DNA of 64,000 nt from Octopus sinensis. Lineage: Eukaryota. Positions 1 to 12,101 of the stretch are shown here, one piece after another. Each line of letters opens with the position of its first letter. Position 1 is the first letter of the stretch. A program made the translations under genes and the position numbers. Below the pieces are notes generated by a model. That model saw nothing but the letters and a program-made list of their open reading frames with translations, made no database searches and had not been told where the DNA came from. Location: positions 558,001 to 622,000 of the forward strand of contig NC_043003.1 of NCBI RefSeq assembly GCF_006345805.1, in the 5' to 3' direction.

Positions 1-24
1 TAAAAAAAAACAAGTAAAAAAAAA

Positions 25-127
<103 letters not shown>

Positions 128-1074
128 TATTAATGTTTGCTTTTATGTTATAATGAAAACAATTTTACATCAAACTGATGTACATTTGATGGAGCACAAA
201 TTTATTATTCTTTAACAAGAATATTATTGACAGTAACTTCGAAGTTTTCACCTGCTAAGCCATCATCAGATATATGTCTGTGTGTTTTGATCATTACCCC
301 TGCCAATCTTTCGCTTGCAGTTCAGCAAAAAATCTGTGGAATAAATCCTAGACTTCAAAAAATATTTGTATTGGGGTTCATCTGTTTGTTTGAAACCCTC
401 CAAGGCAATGCTGAAGCATGGCCACAGTCCAATGACTGAAACAAATAAAAGATAGAAGCCTAGTTATATAGCGTATGTATGTTTAGTTCTTGTTGTTGCC
501 TCCGGCTTCAAGCCTCTGATATTGTTGAAACAACTGACATCTTTGGCTGCCAGTTGACTGAAACCTGAGATTTCATACAAGTGTGAACATACTTTCGTGA
601 TGCATTAGGGGGGGGGGCATCTTCTGTTCTTCTATAATTCTGCCTGGTGCATTGCCAGCTTGCATAAATAAAGTATACCTGCATGCATCTAGCTCAAGAT
701 ATGCCACCAGCACCTCAAAAATATGGTCTAATTTTATGTGTTCTGTGTCAGTTCTATAAACATTGCATATGTTCTCTGTGTTGTTGAGGATATAATTAGG
801 TTGGAACTAGTAATGATGATGCTAGTAACATCTGCTTGTTTTTGTTTTTAATCAAGCATAGCATAATAATGGAAAAGAGAGGAAACAAGAAAAAAACAAA
901 AAAAAAAACAATTCAGTCTTCGTTGGAATTCATGGAATTGAACCTAGTCTCATCTTCTTCATAGTTCTGTTCTTTAGATGATGTGAGCTGTTTTTCTATC
1001 TGTATCTAGGTCGTAGTCTTTAAATGATTCTGTTGGTCCAAATAACCAATTTTGTTAGCTGCACACAACTTAGT

Positions 1075-1150
<76 letters not shown>

Positions 1151-1268
1151 ACACTTATGTATATACTTATGTATATAACATCTAATCTAGGATAGAATTT
1201 TTCGAAAAAATTCTATCAATGGCCAGCACATTAAAAAATACCTTTAAAGGTTAAATTTATAAACAATT

Positions 1269-1506
1269 TATAAGCAAGGGCAAAAGAAAAAAATTCTAAT
1301 GCCAAAATATGCCGAAAATGGATTCTACGTCAATAACCATGTAATATATCACTACAAATACATATTTCAAAGAAAGCCGACAGAAATTTCTAAAAGATTC
1401 CATTATTACCATATCGGACCCATGATATATTACATGGTTATTGATGTAGTGTCCATTTTCAGCATATTTTGGCATTAGAAATTTTTTTCTTTTGCCCTTA
1501 CTTATA
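1269..1506. mobile_element. Foldback/MITE-like element with ~82-bp inverted arms
   Basis: 1269-1351 is the near reverse complement of 1423-1506; TA flanks. Confidence 0.8.
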
Positions 1507-1709
1507 TATATATATACATATATATAAAGTTAGATAAGGCTAGTTTAAGAGATTACCCTGGGTTTCATGTCCATAAAGTGGTTAGCTTTACAACTAAGTG
1601 CTTTATGGAGGGGAAACCCAGGGTAATCCCTTAAACCAACTTTATTTATATTATATACTGTTCTATAACTTAGAGTGTGTTTCTTTTTCGGATTTATGTT
1701 CTACCGACA

Positions 1710-1749
<40 letters not shown>

Positions 1750-1944
1750 TCTGTCCTACCTGTGTTAGCAGTGCAATTCATTCACTTTTTAAAGTGATCT
1801 CTACAGAATTTCTATAAAAATTAGAGCGAGTACAGAAAGTGTATGAAACGTCATAACTTTCAGCACTGGCTCTAATTTCTATCGATTATCTGTAGAGGTG
1901 AATTTAAAAGTGATATATATACATATACATATATATACATATAT

Positions 1945-1987
<43 letters not shown>

Positions 1988-2328
1988 CATAATGTAGCAC
2001 AGTTTCCTCTCACACAGCTGAACAAAATTAGTGACGTTCTGTAAGTGTAATTGTGAAGCAGAGGTGAGAACAGGAATGGTTTCTCTCTTTTACTCTCACT
2101 CTCACTTTCTTTCTCTCTCTCTTTCTTTCTTTAATTTTTACTTTGTATTGTAATAGAATAACTTTCAATGCTATCAATCCAGCCTGGTTTTTAAATATTT
2201 TCAAATTCTGCCATGGTTATCAAAAATATTTACATTTATTTCAGTGAAGACATTGTATTTAAAGAACACAGGGCACAAACTAATTTTTGTTTCATTTCAA
2301 ATTTTGTGTTATTTTTTAGAATTCAGGT

Positions 2329-2381
2329 ATTACTTTCTTTAATTACTTTCTTTAATTACTTTCTTTAATTACTTTCTTTAA
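2329..2381. repeat. 13-bp tandem repeat (ATTACTTTCTTTA) x4
   Basis: Read directly from the sequence. Confidence 0.9.
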
Positions 2382-4278
2382 TCACGTAGTTCTAGATTTC
2401 CTAGTTTCTAAATTTCTGTCTCATTTTAAAAATGATAGTAATTTTTGTTCTAAACATTGAGACAGCTTCACAGGGAAATTAAAAGAAATAATTGTTGAAT
2501 TGGTTTAGGTTTTATTCCCAAAGACTATATTCAATTACTTCTTTAGTTCTACCAGTTCTAGTAACAGCAGAAGGGGTCTATTACTAGGGCTGTCTTAGCA
2601 GTATTATAAAGCCCCTGGGAAAATCAATATCTTGGGCCCTATATTTACTGACAGGAATACATAAATAGGAACTGGGCCCCCAGACCCATGAGGGCCCTTA
2701 AGATCTATGAGGCCCTCAGGCAAATCGGTACATCAGGCCTTATAGTATTTACTTATTGACTACAAACCACAACATACATAGATCAGAATTGAGGTCCCTA
2801 AACCCATGAGACCCTTGGGAAACTACTCAATGTGCCTAGATGACCCTGCTTATTGGTAGTGCTTAGGGTGACCCTCATGTTCTGGAAATATGCACAGATT
2901 TACTAGAACATTCTGACCACATGTCGATATGGATACTTAGAGGAGTTCATAGTCTTGCAAATGGTATGGTAGCCCCCACTAATGCTGGTGGTATGAACAA
3001 AGCACTTAGTACATTCAATAAAGTGGTTGGCATTAGGAAGGGCATCTAGCTGCCGAAACCATACCAAAGCAGATACTGAAGTACAATGGGTATAATATAT
3101 ATATATATTGTTGTATCTTGGGAGGATCATTTTGCCAATAAAAACACTTGCACTGATTATAATTTGCATCTTATTGTTAGTTAATTAAATAACCAATTAA
3201 ACCATAAGAGTGATCATTTGATCATTTGATCAATCAGTCAGTTTGTCAGTCCTTTCATCAGCTTTTGTAACCCCATCACTGGCTCACTGTCATCTGACCC
3301 AGCCTTGCCTGTTGCTATGGGTACATGCAAAGTGCACAATAAAACACAGGTTAAAAACATTTCTTTCTGGTAGGATCATTGACCTTCTTTTAAGAAACGT
3401 TATAGCTTCTACTTATGATTCCACTTGAATAATATAATATTGTAGTTTTTAAAAGCCATATGAAAGCATTGTTAACTGTGTTAGTTAATTGTTATTACTA
3501 GTACAATCTATTTGATAGGAGAGGTGGTGGTGGGGAAGTAATAGGGATAACAATGCTCTGGTGACAGCCGTAGTGATGATGATGATGATGGAGATGGTTT
3601 GTGATAAGGGTAGACATAAATGTTTAGAAGAACACCAGGGTAGGAATGTTTCTCATATTACATAGCTGGGGTATTTCTGGTCTGATATAGATAGCTTGCA
3701 ACTCCAAAGCTTCCCCCCCCACCTCTCTTTCTCTCTCACTTTCTTTCTCTCTTTTCTCCCTCTGTATTTTTGTTTCTCTCTAATGCTTTGGTTTCTCACA
3801 CAGCATCTGAAAGAAACCAAAATATATATATATATATAAATACAATTTACAGGAAATAAAAATAAAAGAGAAGAAAACTTATATAGTGATGGTGGCGATG
3901 GTAATTAAGAAGTGATGGTGGCGATGGTAATTAAGAAGGAAAAAGATGTTGGGCAGAGAATGGTTCTTCTGTTTCCCATTTGGCCTGGCTGGCTGAATTG
4001 TTGTTGTGTAGCACTGATAACTTCTCTCTGCTATCGGTTCTCTACTACTGCTTGTTGGTTGTAACTATTTGCTTGTTACCTCAACCGGTGTGCATTACAT
4101 GTGGAGTTACTACCTTTTCTGATGCCGAATGGGGTATCATGTCATGTGATCCTCTTACAGTAATACCTGCCACTGATACTTTTTTTTCAATATAGAACAA
4201 CATTTTGGTACGGTGCCAATCTATAATAATCTTGAAAGAAACATTCTGAGACCTAAGACCATACCATAGCCAAGCAGC

Positions 4279-4314
4279 TATTTAAGAGCCGGTACCGATT
4301 GTCGATAGCTCAGT
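4279..4314 (+). promoter_or_regulatory. TnI: Core promoter of troponin I: TATA-like TATTTAA (4279-4285) and initiator TCAGT (4310-4314, predicted +1 A at 4312)
   Basis: TATA-to-Inr spacing is about 33 nt. An 80-nt ATG-free leader follows and ends in AAACC-ATG (A at -3). Confidence 0.65.
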
Positions 4315-4391
4315 GGAGTGTTTTTTGCAACAGAAAGTAGTTAAGAGGGGTTACCTGTCTTCTGATTTTTTCTTCTCAATTCACTTAAACC

Positions 4392-4397
4392 ATGTCT
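4392..4397 (+). CDS. TnI: Troponin I first coding exon, Met-Ser (6 nt), phase-0 donor
   Basis: ttaaacc ATG TCT | gtaagt. Joins in frame to exon 22979 to give MSEEEEREEAERKKRQEE, a plausible TnI N-terminus. Confidence 0.8.
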
Positions 4398-6672
4398 GTA
4401 AGTATATCCTTTTGTTGGTTCAACTGCATAATTGTACCTTGGATCAATTTTTGTATGGATTTAACTGCATTGAGGTAAGTAAGGGATTGTTTAATTGCAT
4501 GGTGACATCCAAGCTTTTTTTTTTTTTGGCTTGTTTGAAGAGATAGCTTAAAGAATACCAACAACTGTAAATTGTTTTGGTGATATTCTCCTTATATACA
4601 ATTGTTAATTAAAAAGTTTGCACTTAAGTCAACTTTAGATTTTAATTAATTTGAATCTATTTATATTTATCAATATATTTTTACTTTTGCTCATTTGAAT
4701 ATTTAAATAAATGTTTTAATATGTGAACAAACATGCTAAATAAATAGTGTATATGTATGTATGTGTATCTATAAATGTGTGTGTGCGTGTGTGTGTAATA
4801 TATCATCATTTCTCTTTTTTATTTAGCATATTTAATATATTAAAACTATTAATTTTACAAATATGTTTTCTAATTTAAAAATTTAGAAACATATTTCAAA
4901 TTGATTTAAATTTTATTTTATAAAATAAAGACAACAACTTGGTCTTCAGAAAAAAAAAATTAATTAGTTTAGCTTTATTTTTGCAACATAAATAAATAAA
5001 TTGTATGTTTTCAAAACACCATTCTTTAAAGCTACATCTTTGACAACGAGGTATTAAAAAAAAAAAAGGCCACAAAATCATGTTTGTGTCTTTTTACAAT
5101 TCCACTTTGCTGATGACGTCTAAAATGACATTTGAATGTTATTTAGTTCTTTGTACATTTGTTTTTTGGATGTTTTTTTCGTGTATGATTTATTTGAAGA
5201 ACACTTGTTTGTGGTAAAGAAATTCAAAATCTTAGAGTTAAGACAAAAGCATTTACAATAAAAAGCTATGGGTTTGTCTCACCCTTCCATCTCTCTTGTG
5301 ACATTTTTCTTTTTCTACTTCATTATATTTTAAATATTTCATCTCAAATTTTAAGTTTTCATAAACGTAGATTATCTTCTCAATAACTTTGATTAGTCTG
5401 TCTACCTTTTGTTTTTCTGTCACAATGTCCCTTATTTTGGCATTAGTCAAAAACTGTCCAATTCTTTAACCAAAAACTGATATCATTTCCAATATTTAGT
5501 TATTTTTTATTTTCTAAAAACCTTGTTTTTATACATCTGTATATCTCAAGTCAATGGATATCCTCTTTATGGTTATTTGGCTTGCTAGAAATAGCAAACA
5601 ACATTTCTATCCAAATACTTGAATTACATCCTGCTGTCTAAAAAGAAAAAAAAAAGAAACAGAAATTAGTGTTGTCTGAGTTGTAGTCGATCTCCAGGAT
5701 GAAAAATTTTCAAAATGGTCACATCTGGAAAGCCTTTGAGTACAGCTCTGCTTTATCAAGGCTGACTACCTGAGACTAAAGGATAAAATGAACAGCCGCA
5801 TCCATGTTTTAACTAATGTGGCTGCCTCTATGCAAATGCTTGAGCTTCTAGAAATAGTAGCTAAATCCCACCATATTACACCTCTTACCATCTTAAGAAA
5901 GTTAGGACACATTCCATCATGCTATCCATTGTGCTAAATAGATGGAATTGTCATGTTTGGAATGTTTTTAATCATAATTGTGCTCAATGAAACCTCACTT
6001 GGGGTTAAATAACATTCAGACCCATATATGTCTTTTGATGGGATAATGGCATTGACCCTAAGAAAGGGTCAAACTGGGCAATTTCTGATCCCTCACAGGC
6101 ATTGCTGCAGCTTGTGGTTGAGCTTTTTATCATTCAGATTGCTCTGTCAAACGTGAAGCTTATTTCTTCAATGACACGATTGTATATATTTAGAATAACA
6201 GTGTAGGGTAAGTGTGAGAGGCTGGATCTAGCCAGTTTAAGCATAAAACAGGTAGAATTTTGGCCTGGGTATGACTAGTTTAAATGCTAAAGTGTAAAGG
6301 ACTTTGTGTCCAAATTAAGGTCAGTGTTACATATTGGTCACGATGTCATTGAAAATGGCACCAAGACCAATTTTCCCATTGTACTTATGCGAATATTTCA
6401 CTAATTTAATTAGAAAATCAGATTTTATCACTGACATTAAATTAAAAAGGGATCTTGTCACCCACCCACACACATTGTCTTGTAAACACTTTTGAGCTGT
6501 TCTCATGTTCTTTATCTCAATGAAAGTACTGAAGAGGTTGCGAGACCAAAACACTAAAGTCTAACCATAGAAATGAAATAGCGTAACACACACACGCATG
6601 CATGCGTGCACACACACACACACACTATACTTTTACATAAAGAATGGCAACAATGACTTCAAAGTTTCTGCC

Positions 6673-6722
6673 TGACAGTTTGATGAAGGCTAGTAGGCTA
6701 AAACACTTCGAAGTCACTGTCA
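6673..6722 (+). ncRNA. Degenerate hammerhead-like motif
   Basis: TGACAGT-TTGATGA-aggctagtaggct-AAAA-c-acttcgaagt-C-ACTGTCA: 7-bp helix I around a core with C3>U and G12>A changes; GUC triplet present. Confidence 0.4.
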
Positions 6723-6841
6723 CTACTCTTGTAAAAATACTAAGAATACAATATATATATATATATATATATATTGTGTAATTCTTCAGTTTAATGTTAA
6801 ATTATATTATAACTTATCATTAAAAAAAATCAAACAAACAC

Positions 6842-6873
<32 letters not shown>

Positions 6874-7365
6874 GTATGTATATATATACATGTTAAAATA
6901 TCAAACAATGAAAATGACTGCTCAACACCGTATTGGACAATCTTTATTTGTGGGAGACAAGCACTAACATGCCGAAGGGGCAGGCTAGATAATTGTTAAG
7001 AAATTCCTCTTGACATGAAACCATTGGTAACCTTGTTAATTCAGAAATAATATATATATATATGTATATATGTCTCAGTAATAAAAGAGATAGTGATGAT
7101 AATAATAATCTTTGCCACATTTCAAGCGTTCTTCTGCACAAGTATAACAAATATTAAATGTCAGGTATGTTTTACCTTCTGCTTGTGCAATCTTGATTGG
7201 ATTTATTAATACACTGATACAGAAGAGAGCTAGCACCACCTGACAGTGATAAAAACTAGTTGTTAGCACCTTATTTGTCTACTTCCCTTCTAGCCTCATC
7301 AAAGATGCAGCACTCTGTGTGTGTGCAGTCACATATATTATGAAGTACCTACATACATACACAAG

Positions 7366-7391
7366 TGTATATATATATATATATATGTTTG

Positions 7392-7429
<38 letters not shown>

Positions 7430-7543
7430 TGTATGTATATATATATATATGTATGTATGTATATATATATATATATGTATGTATGCATATATATATATAT
7501 ATGTACGAATATATATATATGTATATATATATATTATATATAT

Positions 7544-7591
<48 letters not shown>

Positions 7592-7781
7592 TATATACAT
7601 ATATATATATATGTATATGTATGTATCATCATCATCGTTTAGCATCCGTTTTCCATGCTAGCATGGGTTACATATATATGTATATACATATACATACATA
7701 TATATGTATACATATAGATGCATATATATGTATACATACATATATATGGATAGATATAGATGCATATATATGTATGTGTAT

Positions 7782-7827
<46 letters not shown>

Positions 7828-7852
7828 GTGTGTGTGTGTGTGTATGTATATA
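7366..7852. repeat. Long compound (TA)n/(TG)n microsatellite; similar blocks at 13920-14062, 23570-24062, 25070-25208
   Basis: Read directly; explains the YI-repeat pseudo-ORFs in the ORF track. Confidence 0.95.
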
Positions 7853-8693
7853 AGCAAGAACACTATAATTCTGTAAGGGAAAGCTTGATGAGAATCTGCT
7901 GTTGAGCGTACACCATAATAATCCCCACCAAATATCTTAAGTAGAAAAATATACGAAATAAAGCAGCATATTGTAATTATGATACTGTAGAATATCTGCC
8001 TGTTTTCTGGAAATATATTCTTTTACTTTATTTCACCCAACATCTTTTCTTATTAAATAACATAACATGAAATGTTTTTTTTATATTCTATACACACACT
8101 GGTGTGTTTAATATATATTTATGGTGAAGTTTTATGCAGCAGTAAATGTTTGGTATTTAATATTTATAATTTGAAGAGGACCAGACTTTTATATGTATCA
8201 TAAAGTCTATGATATATCTAGTGTATGATAGATATAAATATGAAATATATCATAAAACTTTATAATATGTAGTTTTGTACTTGACAGCTCTTAAATCCAA
8301 ATTCTGCAAATGTCTGAGAGCAGCTTTGCATTTTAGCTCAGCCATCTTGTGGTTAATAAAATATTCATAAATAACAAACTGAAGCTATTGGGCATGTGAT
8401 AGTAAATTTATTTTTTAATAAGATGCGTACCTACGATTTGACTTTGTTTCAGTTTTGAAGCAGAGTTGTTACTATGTCTGCCAAATATCTGACTGCTCTT
8501 TCTAGCAGCCCCAGTGCCTGTTTCGAATTTCACTCAATTAGGCCTCCTCCTCCCTCCACCCACCTTCTGCTGCATCAACCCATTTCCAAAATTTTTCTTT
8601 GGTACTGAGTTGTTGCCCTTGTCTTTGGTTGATTTAAGCAATGTTCAACATTGTTTATCTCTTCTATACACAGCTTTGGCCCTGACTCATTAA

Positions 8694-8917
8694 CCCTCTC
8701 GTTACCGTATTTCTGTTGAGATGCTCTGTGTTTCTTTCAATTAATTTTAAATATAACAAAGAATTTAGTAAAATAACTGAGTTATCATTAAGCTGGTTTT
8801 AGGAACATAAATTGTGACTTAGGTTTGGTGGAAGATTTTAATTCAGAACTTTTATGAAAACAAGACATTTGTACTACAGAACGAGAGGCAGTTTCAGCCA
8901 GGTTGGTCACGAAAGGG
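8694..8917. mobile_element. piggyBac-type MITE with TTAA target duplication
   Basis: TTAA|CCCTCTCGTTACC ... GGTCACGAAAGGG|TTAA (TTAA at 8690-8693 and 8918-8921). Confidence 0.8.
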
Positions 8918-9029
8918 TTAAAGCTGTCATGCTTTCCATATTAAGTTTCTAGCATCTAATTTACTTGGTAATTTGGTAGCAACTCTTGTCATGTCTTAGG
9001 TTTAGTTTAAAGATAATCTAATCCATCTT

Positions 9030-9440
9030 AGGTGCAGGAGTGGCTGTGTGGTAAGTGGCTTGCTTACCAACCACATGGTTCTGGGTTCAGTCCCACTGCA
9101 TGGCATCTTGGAGAAGTGTCTTCTACTATAGCCTTGAGCTGACCAAAGCCTTGTGAGTGGATTTGGTGTACAGGAAACTGAAAGAAGCCCATCGTATATA
9201 TATATATATATATATGTGTATGTTTGTGTGTCGGTGTTTGTCACCTTAACATCACTTGACAACCAATGCTGGTGTGTTTACGTCCCTGTAACCTAGCGGT
9301 TTGGCAAAAGAGAATAATAGAATAAGTACTAGGCTTACAAGGAATAAGTCCTCGGGTAGATTTGATCAACTAAAGGTGGTGCTCCAGCATGGCCATAGTC
9401 AAATGACTGAAATGGATGAAAGAATAACAGAATAAAAGGA
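9030..9440 (+). mobile_element. tRNA-derived SINE family A (head ggtgcaggagtggctgtgtggtaag, internal TA/TG microsatellite, tail gctccagcatggcc..gactgaaa)
   Basis: Pol III A/B-box-like head. Homologous copies at ~11525-11956 (+), 18011-18367 (inverted pair), 25208-25510 (+), 37255-37545 (+), 55490-55655 (-), 62820-62975 (-). Confidence 0.8.
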
Positions 9441-9524
9441 TAGGTTTAGCTTAAAGGGGATCTAATCCCTCTTACGGCTTTCTTCACTTTTATAGACGTT
9501 TTCATCGTTTTCTTTTGTTAATCC

Positions 9525-9642
9525 TGCATGAGATGGATTAATCTTTATGTTAATCCATGTTTGTTGTGTTTTTTGTTGATTGATTTATGCTTTGTTTTGC
9601 TTTTGTTTGTTTGTTATTTCTTGCATGTTTATTTATTGCATG
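9525..9642 (+). promoter_or_regulatory. Three RBFOX-type UGCAUG motifs upstream of cassette exon A
   Basis: TGCATG at 9525-9530, 9622-9627 and 9637-9642; the last two lie inside the 3' splice-site tract. Confidence 0.6.
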
Positions 9643-9649
9643 TTAACAG

Positions 9650-10048
9650 ATTAATGCAAGTTACAAACAACTGGTTACCAAGGAGACATCAAACGGTTGT
9701 GACCCCATTTCATATCATTATAACATTAAAAGAGACATCACATATGGCTGTAATAATGAGGACGATGGGGATGATGAGAAAGATGATGACGATGAAGAGG
9801 ATGATTGTGATAGCGACTTCGAAGAAGGACCTGAGAAATCTGACACATCATTGGAACTTCAAAACCACAATGGAAATTCCGATAATCCTTTTTGCTCTCC
9901 TGTAAAAGACACCTTTGAATCTTGTGCTGAAATTCGAGTAAGTAGTGCAGATCCTGGGCCACTTTCAGCAGCAATCCTAAATAATATGTACCCAAAGGTT
10001 GCCAACGATGATTATAATTATAAGTCTTCAAACCTAACTGAAACAAGG
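9650..10048 (+). CDS. TnI: Candidate TnI cassette exon A (133 aa, acidic: INASYKQLVTKETSNG...EDDGDDEKDDDDEEDDCDSDFEEGPEK...NLTETR)
   Basis: Acceptor tgttaacag|ATT after a U-rich tract. Open frame for 399 nt to donor AGG|gtgagc; a second in-frame donor CGA|gtaagt follows 9937. Phase 0-0. Confidence 0.68.
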
Positions 10049-11049
10049 GTGAGCAAATTAAAAAATATAAATTTCTTTTCGTTATTCCAACAATATTCGC
10101 CTTCATTCTAACATGAGTTCCAAATACTTAGATGTTTTTTTTATATATTTAGTTGAATGTATTTGTTAAACAGGTTCTGTTTTTATAGAGAAGGAATATT
10201 TATTTTGAAGTACTATTTACATTAGAGTCTCATGCCTTTCACTTCAGAACTTGGAGAAGCTGACATTATTTTTCATTCTTAAAGGGGTGCTAAAATAGTT
10301 TAGATTTCATCAATATGGAATCTGATGTTCTTCCAATAATTTCAATGATTTAGAATAAGATTTGATTACGAGGTTATGAAGATTCTCCTCAGTTTTGCCA
10401 AAGTAAACTAGACAAGATCCATACACACACACACACACACATACAATTTTAAATATAAGTAAAAAGGCCATCAAACCAATATGAAGTTGTGTAACTATTT
10501 TTTCCCATCAGATTATCAAATTCCATTTCTTTAATACCAATGGAAAGTAGAGAGTTAGAATGTTATCATGAAGAGCCTTGCATAGAATGAAATCCCACAT
10601 TTATACCCTAACCGAAACGTTATCACTCGTTCTTAATAGTTTGTCCATTTTGTACCAAATTCTTTCAGCCCACCAGTACGCTTATCTCTAAATAAACCTC
10701 TCTGTTTACTGGCATAATTTACAAACTCAGCCTCACCTTTTAATGTGTCTCTTCTTTTCTCTGCTTGAATATGTCAGAGTCATATTAAAAGCCATAAGAA
10801 AACATGAAGGAGACTCAACACTGAGTTGTGTTCAAGAGTTTCCAAAGATTCCATGAAACCCAGCAATGTCAAAACACATGATTAGTTTTATAATTTGGAA
10901 AAAGTAAATTAATTGCATATTATACGGAGTATTGTATCATCTCTAATTTGCTAGAAATGAAATGTGAGTGACTCAAAGGCTTAGAGTTTCGTGTCCAACT
11001 GGGATCATGTCAGAATCCTACCCAAGAAAAGATTGTGGATGTACACACA

Positions 11050-11430
11050 TTATTTTAAAATGTACATCAAGTTTTTCTACACATCTCCCTGTGATGCTCC
11101 TGGACACATCATCAGTGATGTTTCCTGAGGTTATCAGGTGTTTGGGTTCCTTCAACATCAGATGCCATCATCCAGGTAACCCAGCTGGGGGTTGACCAAG
11201 CCCCATCTTGTGTCCAGTTGACACCACCCCTGGTAGCATTGTTCATTCCAGGGCTTTTGCCTCCTGACCCACAGTTATCTTGAGGCAACCATTGTTGCCC
11301 CTACAGTCAACCAGATGACCTTCAGCCTATTGGCCCCTGTGATGCCAAGTATGTTGTAAGTTCTGCTGAAGGATTGGCCTACAACCCCTCTGCATCCTCT
11401 TGCGATGGCATCACTTGCCACTTCCTACTT
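11050..11430 (-). mobile_element. HERO-like (RLE-type) non-LTR retrotransposon 3' end relic
   Basis: Minus-strand GCRGVVGQSFSRTYNILGITGANRLKVI...ASR*LWVRRQKPW resembles the HERO C-terminus (EVGCRGF.GQS..LGI.G..ASRWLW.KR..W); 3' UTR contains CATCACTGATGATGTGTCC. Confidence 0.65.
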
Positions 11431-11524
11431 TCACATCATTCCACCATCTTGGCATGTTTCCACATTTTATTCTCTTTAGCCTCTATTAACTAAAATAAAT
11501 AAATAAAATGAGATAAAAATAAGA

Positions 11525-11680
11525 GTGCAAGGATAGCTGTGTGGTTAAGAAATTCACTTTGCAACCACAAGATTTTGGGTTCAGTCCCACTGTGCAGCAC
11601 CTTGAGCAAGTGTCTTCTACTTTGGTCCAGGACCAAACACTGCTTTGTGAATGAATTTGGCAGACAGAAACTGTGGAGGT

Positions 11681-11716
<36 letters not shown>

Positions 11717-11956
11717 TACATACATACACAGACATATACATACTTGTGTGTATATATGTGTTCATTTCTGTTTGCCTCACCCCTACCCCATCCCTTGACA
11801 AACCACTGTTGGTTTGTTTGTATTTCTGTAGCTTCATGATCCAGCAAATGAAATAAATACAATAAGAACGACTTAAAACCTGTACTGCTGTTGTTTGGTC
11901 CAGCTCGCTCTATGAGGCAGTGCTCCAGTATGGCTGCACAGTACAATGACTGAAAC
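11525..11956 (+). mobile_element. SINE family A copy
   Basis: Same head, internal microsatellite and tail as 9030-9440. Confidence 0.75.
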
Positions 11957-12101
11957 GTTTTTTACTATTTGATTAATTATTCTAATTTATTTTCTTAATT
12001 ATGAACTGCATTGATTACATTAGTTCTAGCAGGTGAGTATCACCATCCAAGCGAAATTCTTTAATCAGCTTCATTAAAAGAGTTGACTATCTCTTCTTTA
12101 G

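Noticed and set aside
4398-4480. Second strong donor GAG|gtaagt at 4475
   Set aside because: It would end exon 1 in phase 2, incompatible with every downstream acceptor found; at most an unproductive variant.
7279-7905. ORF-track ORFs of YI/HT/VC/RE/II repeats (also 13814-14095, 23526-24147, 38608-38858, 45875-46182)
   Set aside because: They are translations of di- and trinucleotide microsatellites that happen to lack stop codons.
9030-9110. tRNA-like A/B-box sequences at SINE heads
   Set aside because: No complete cloverleaf; they are tRNA-derived SINE heads, not tRNA genes.
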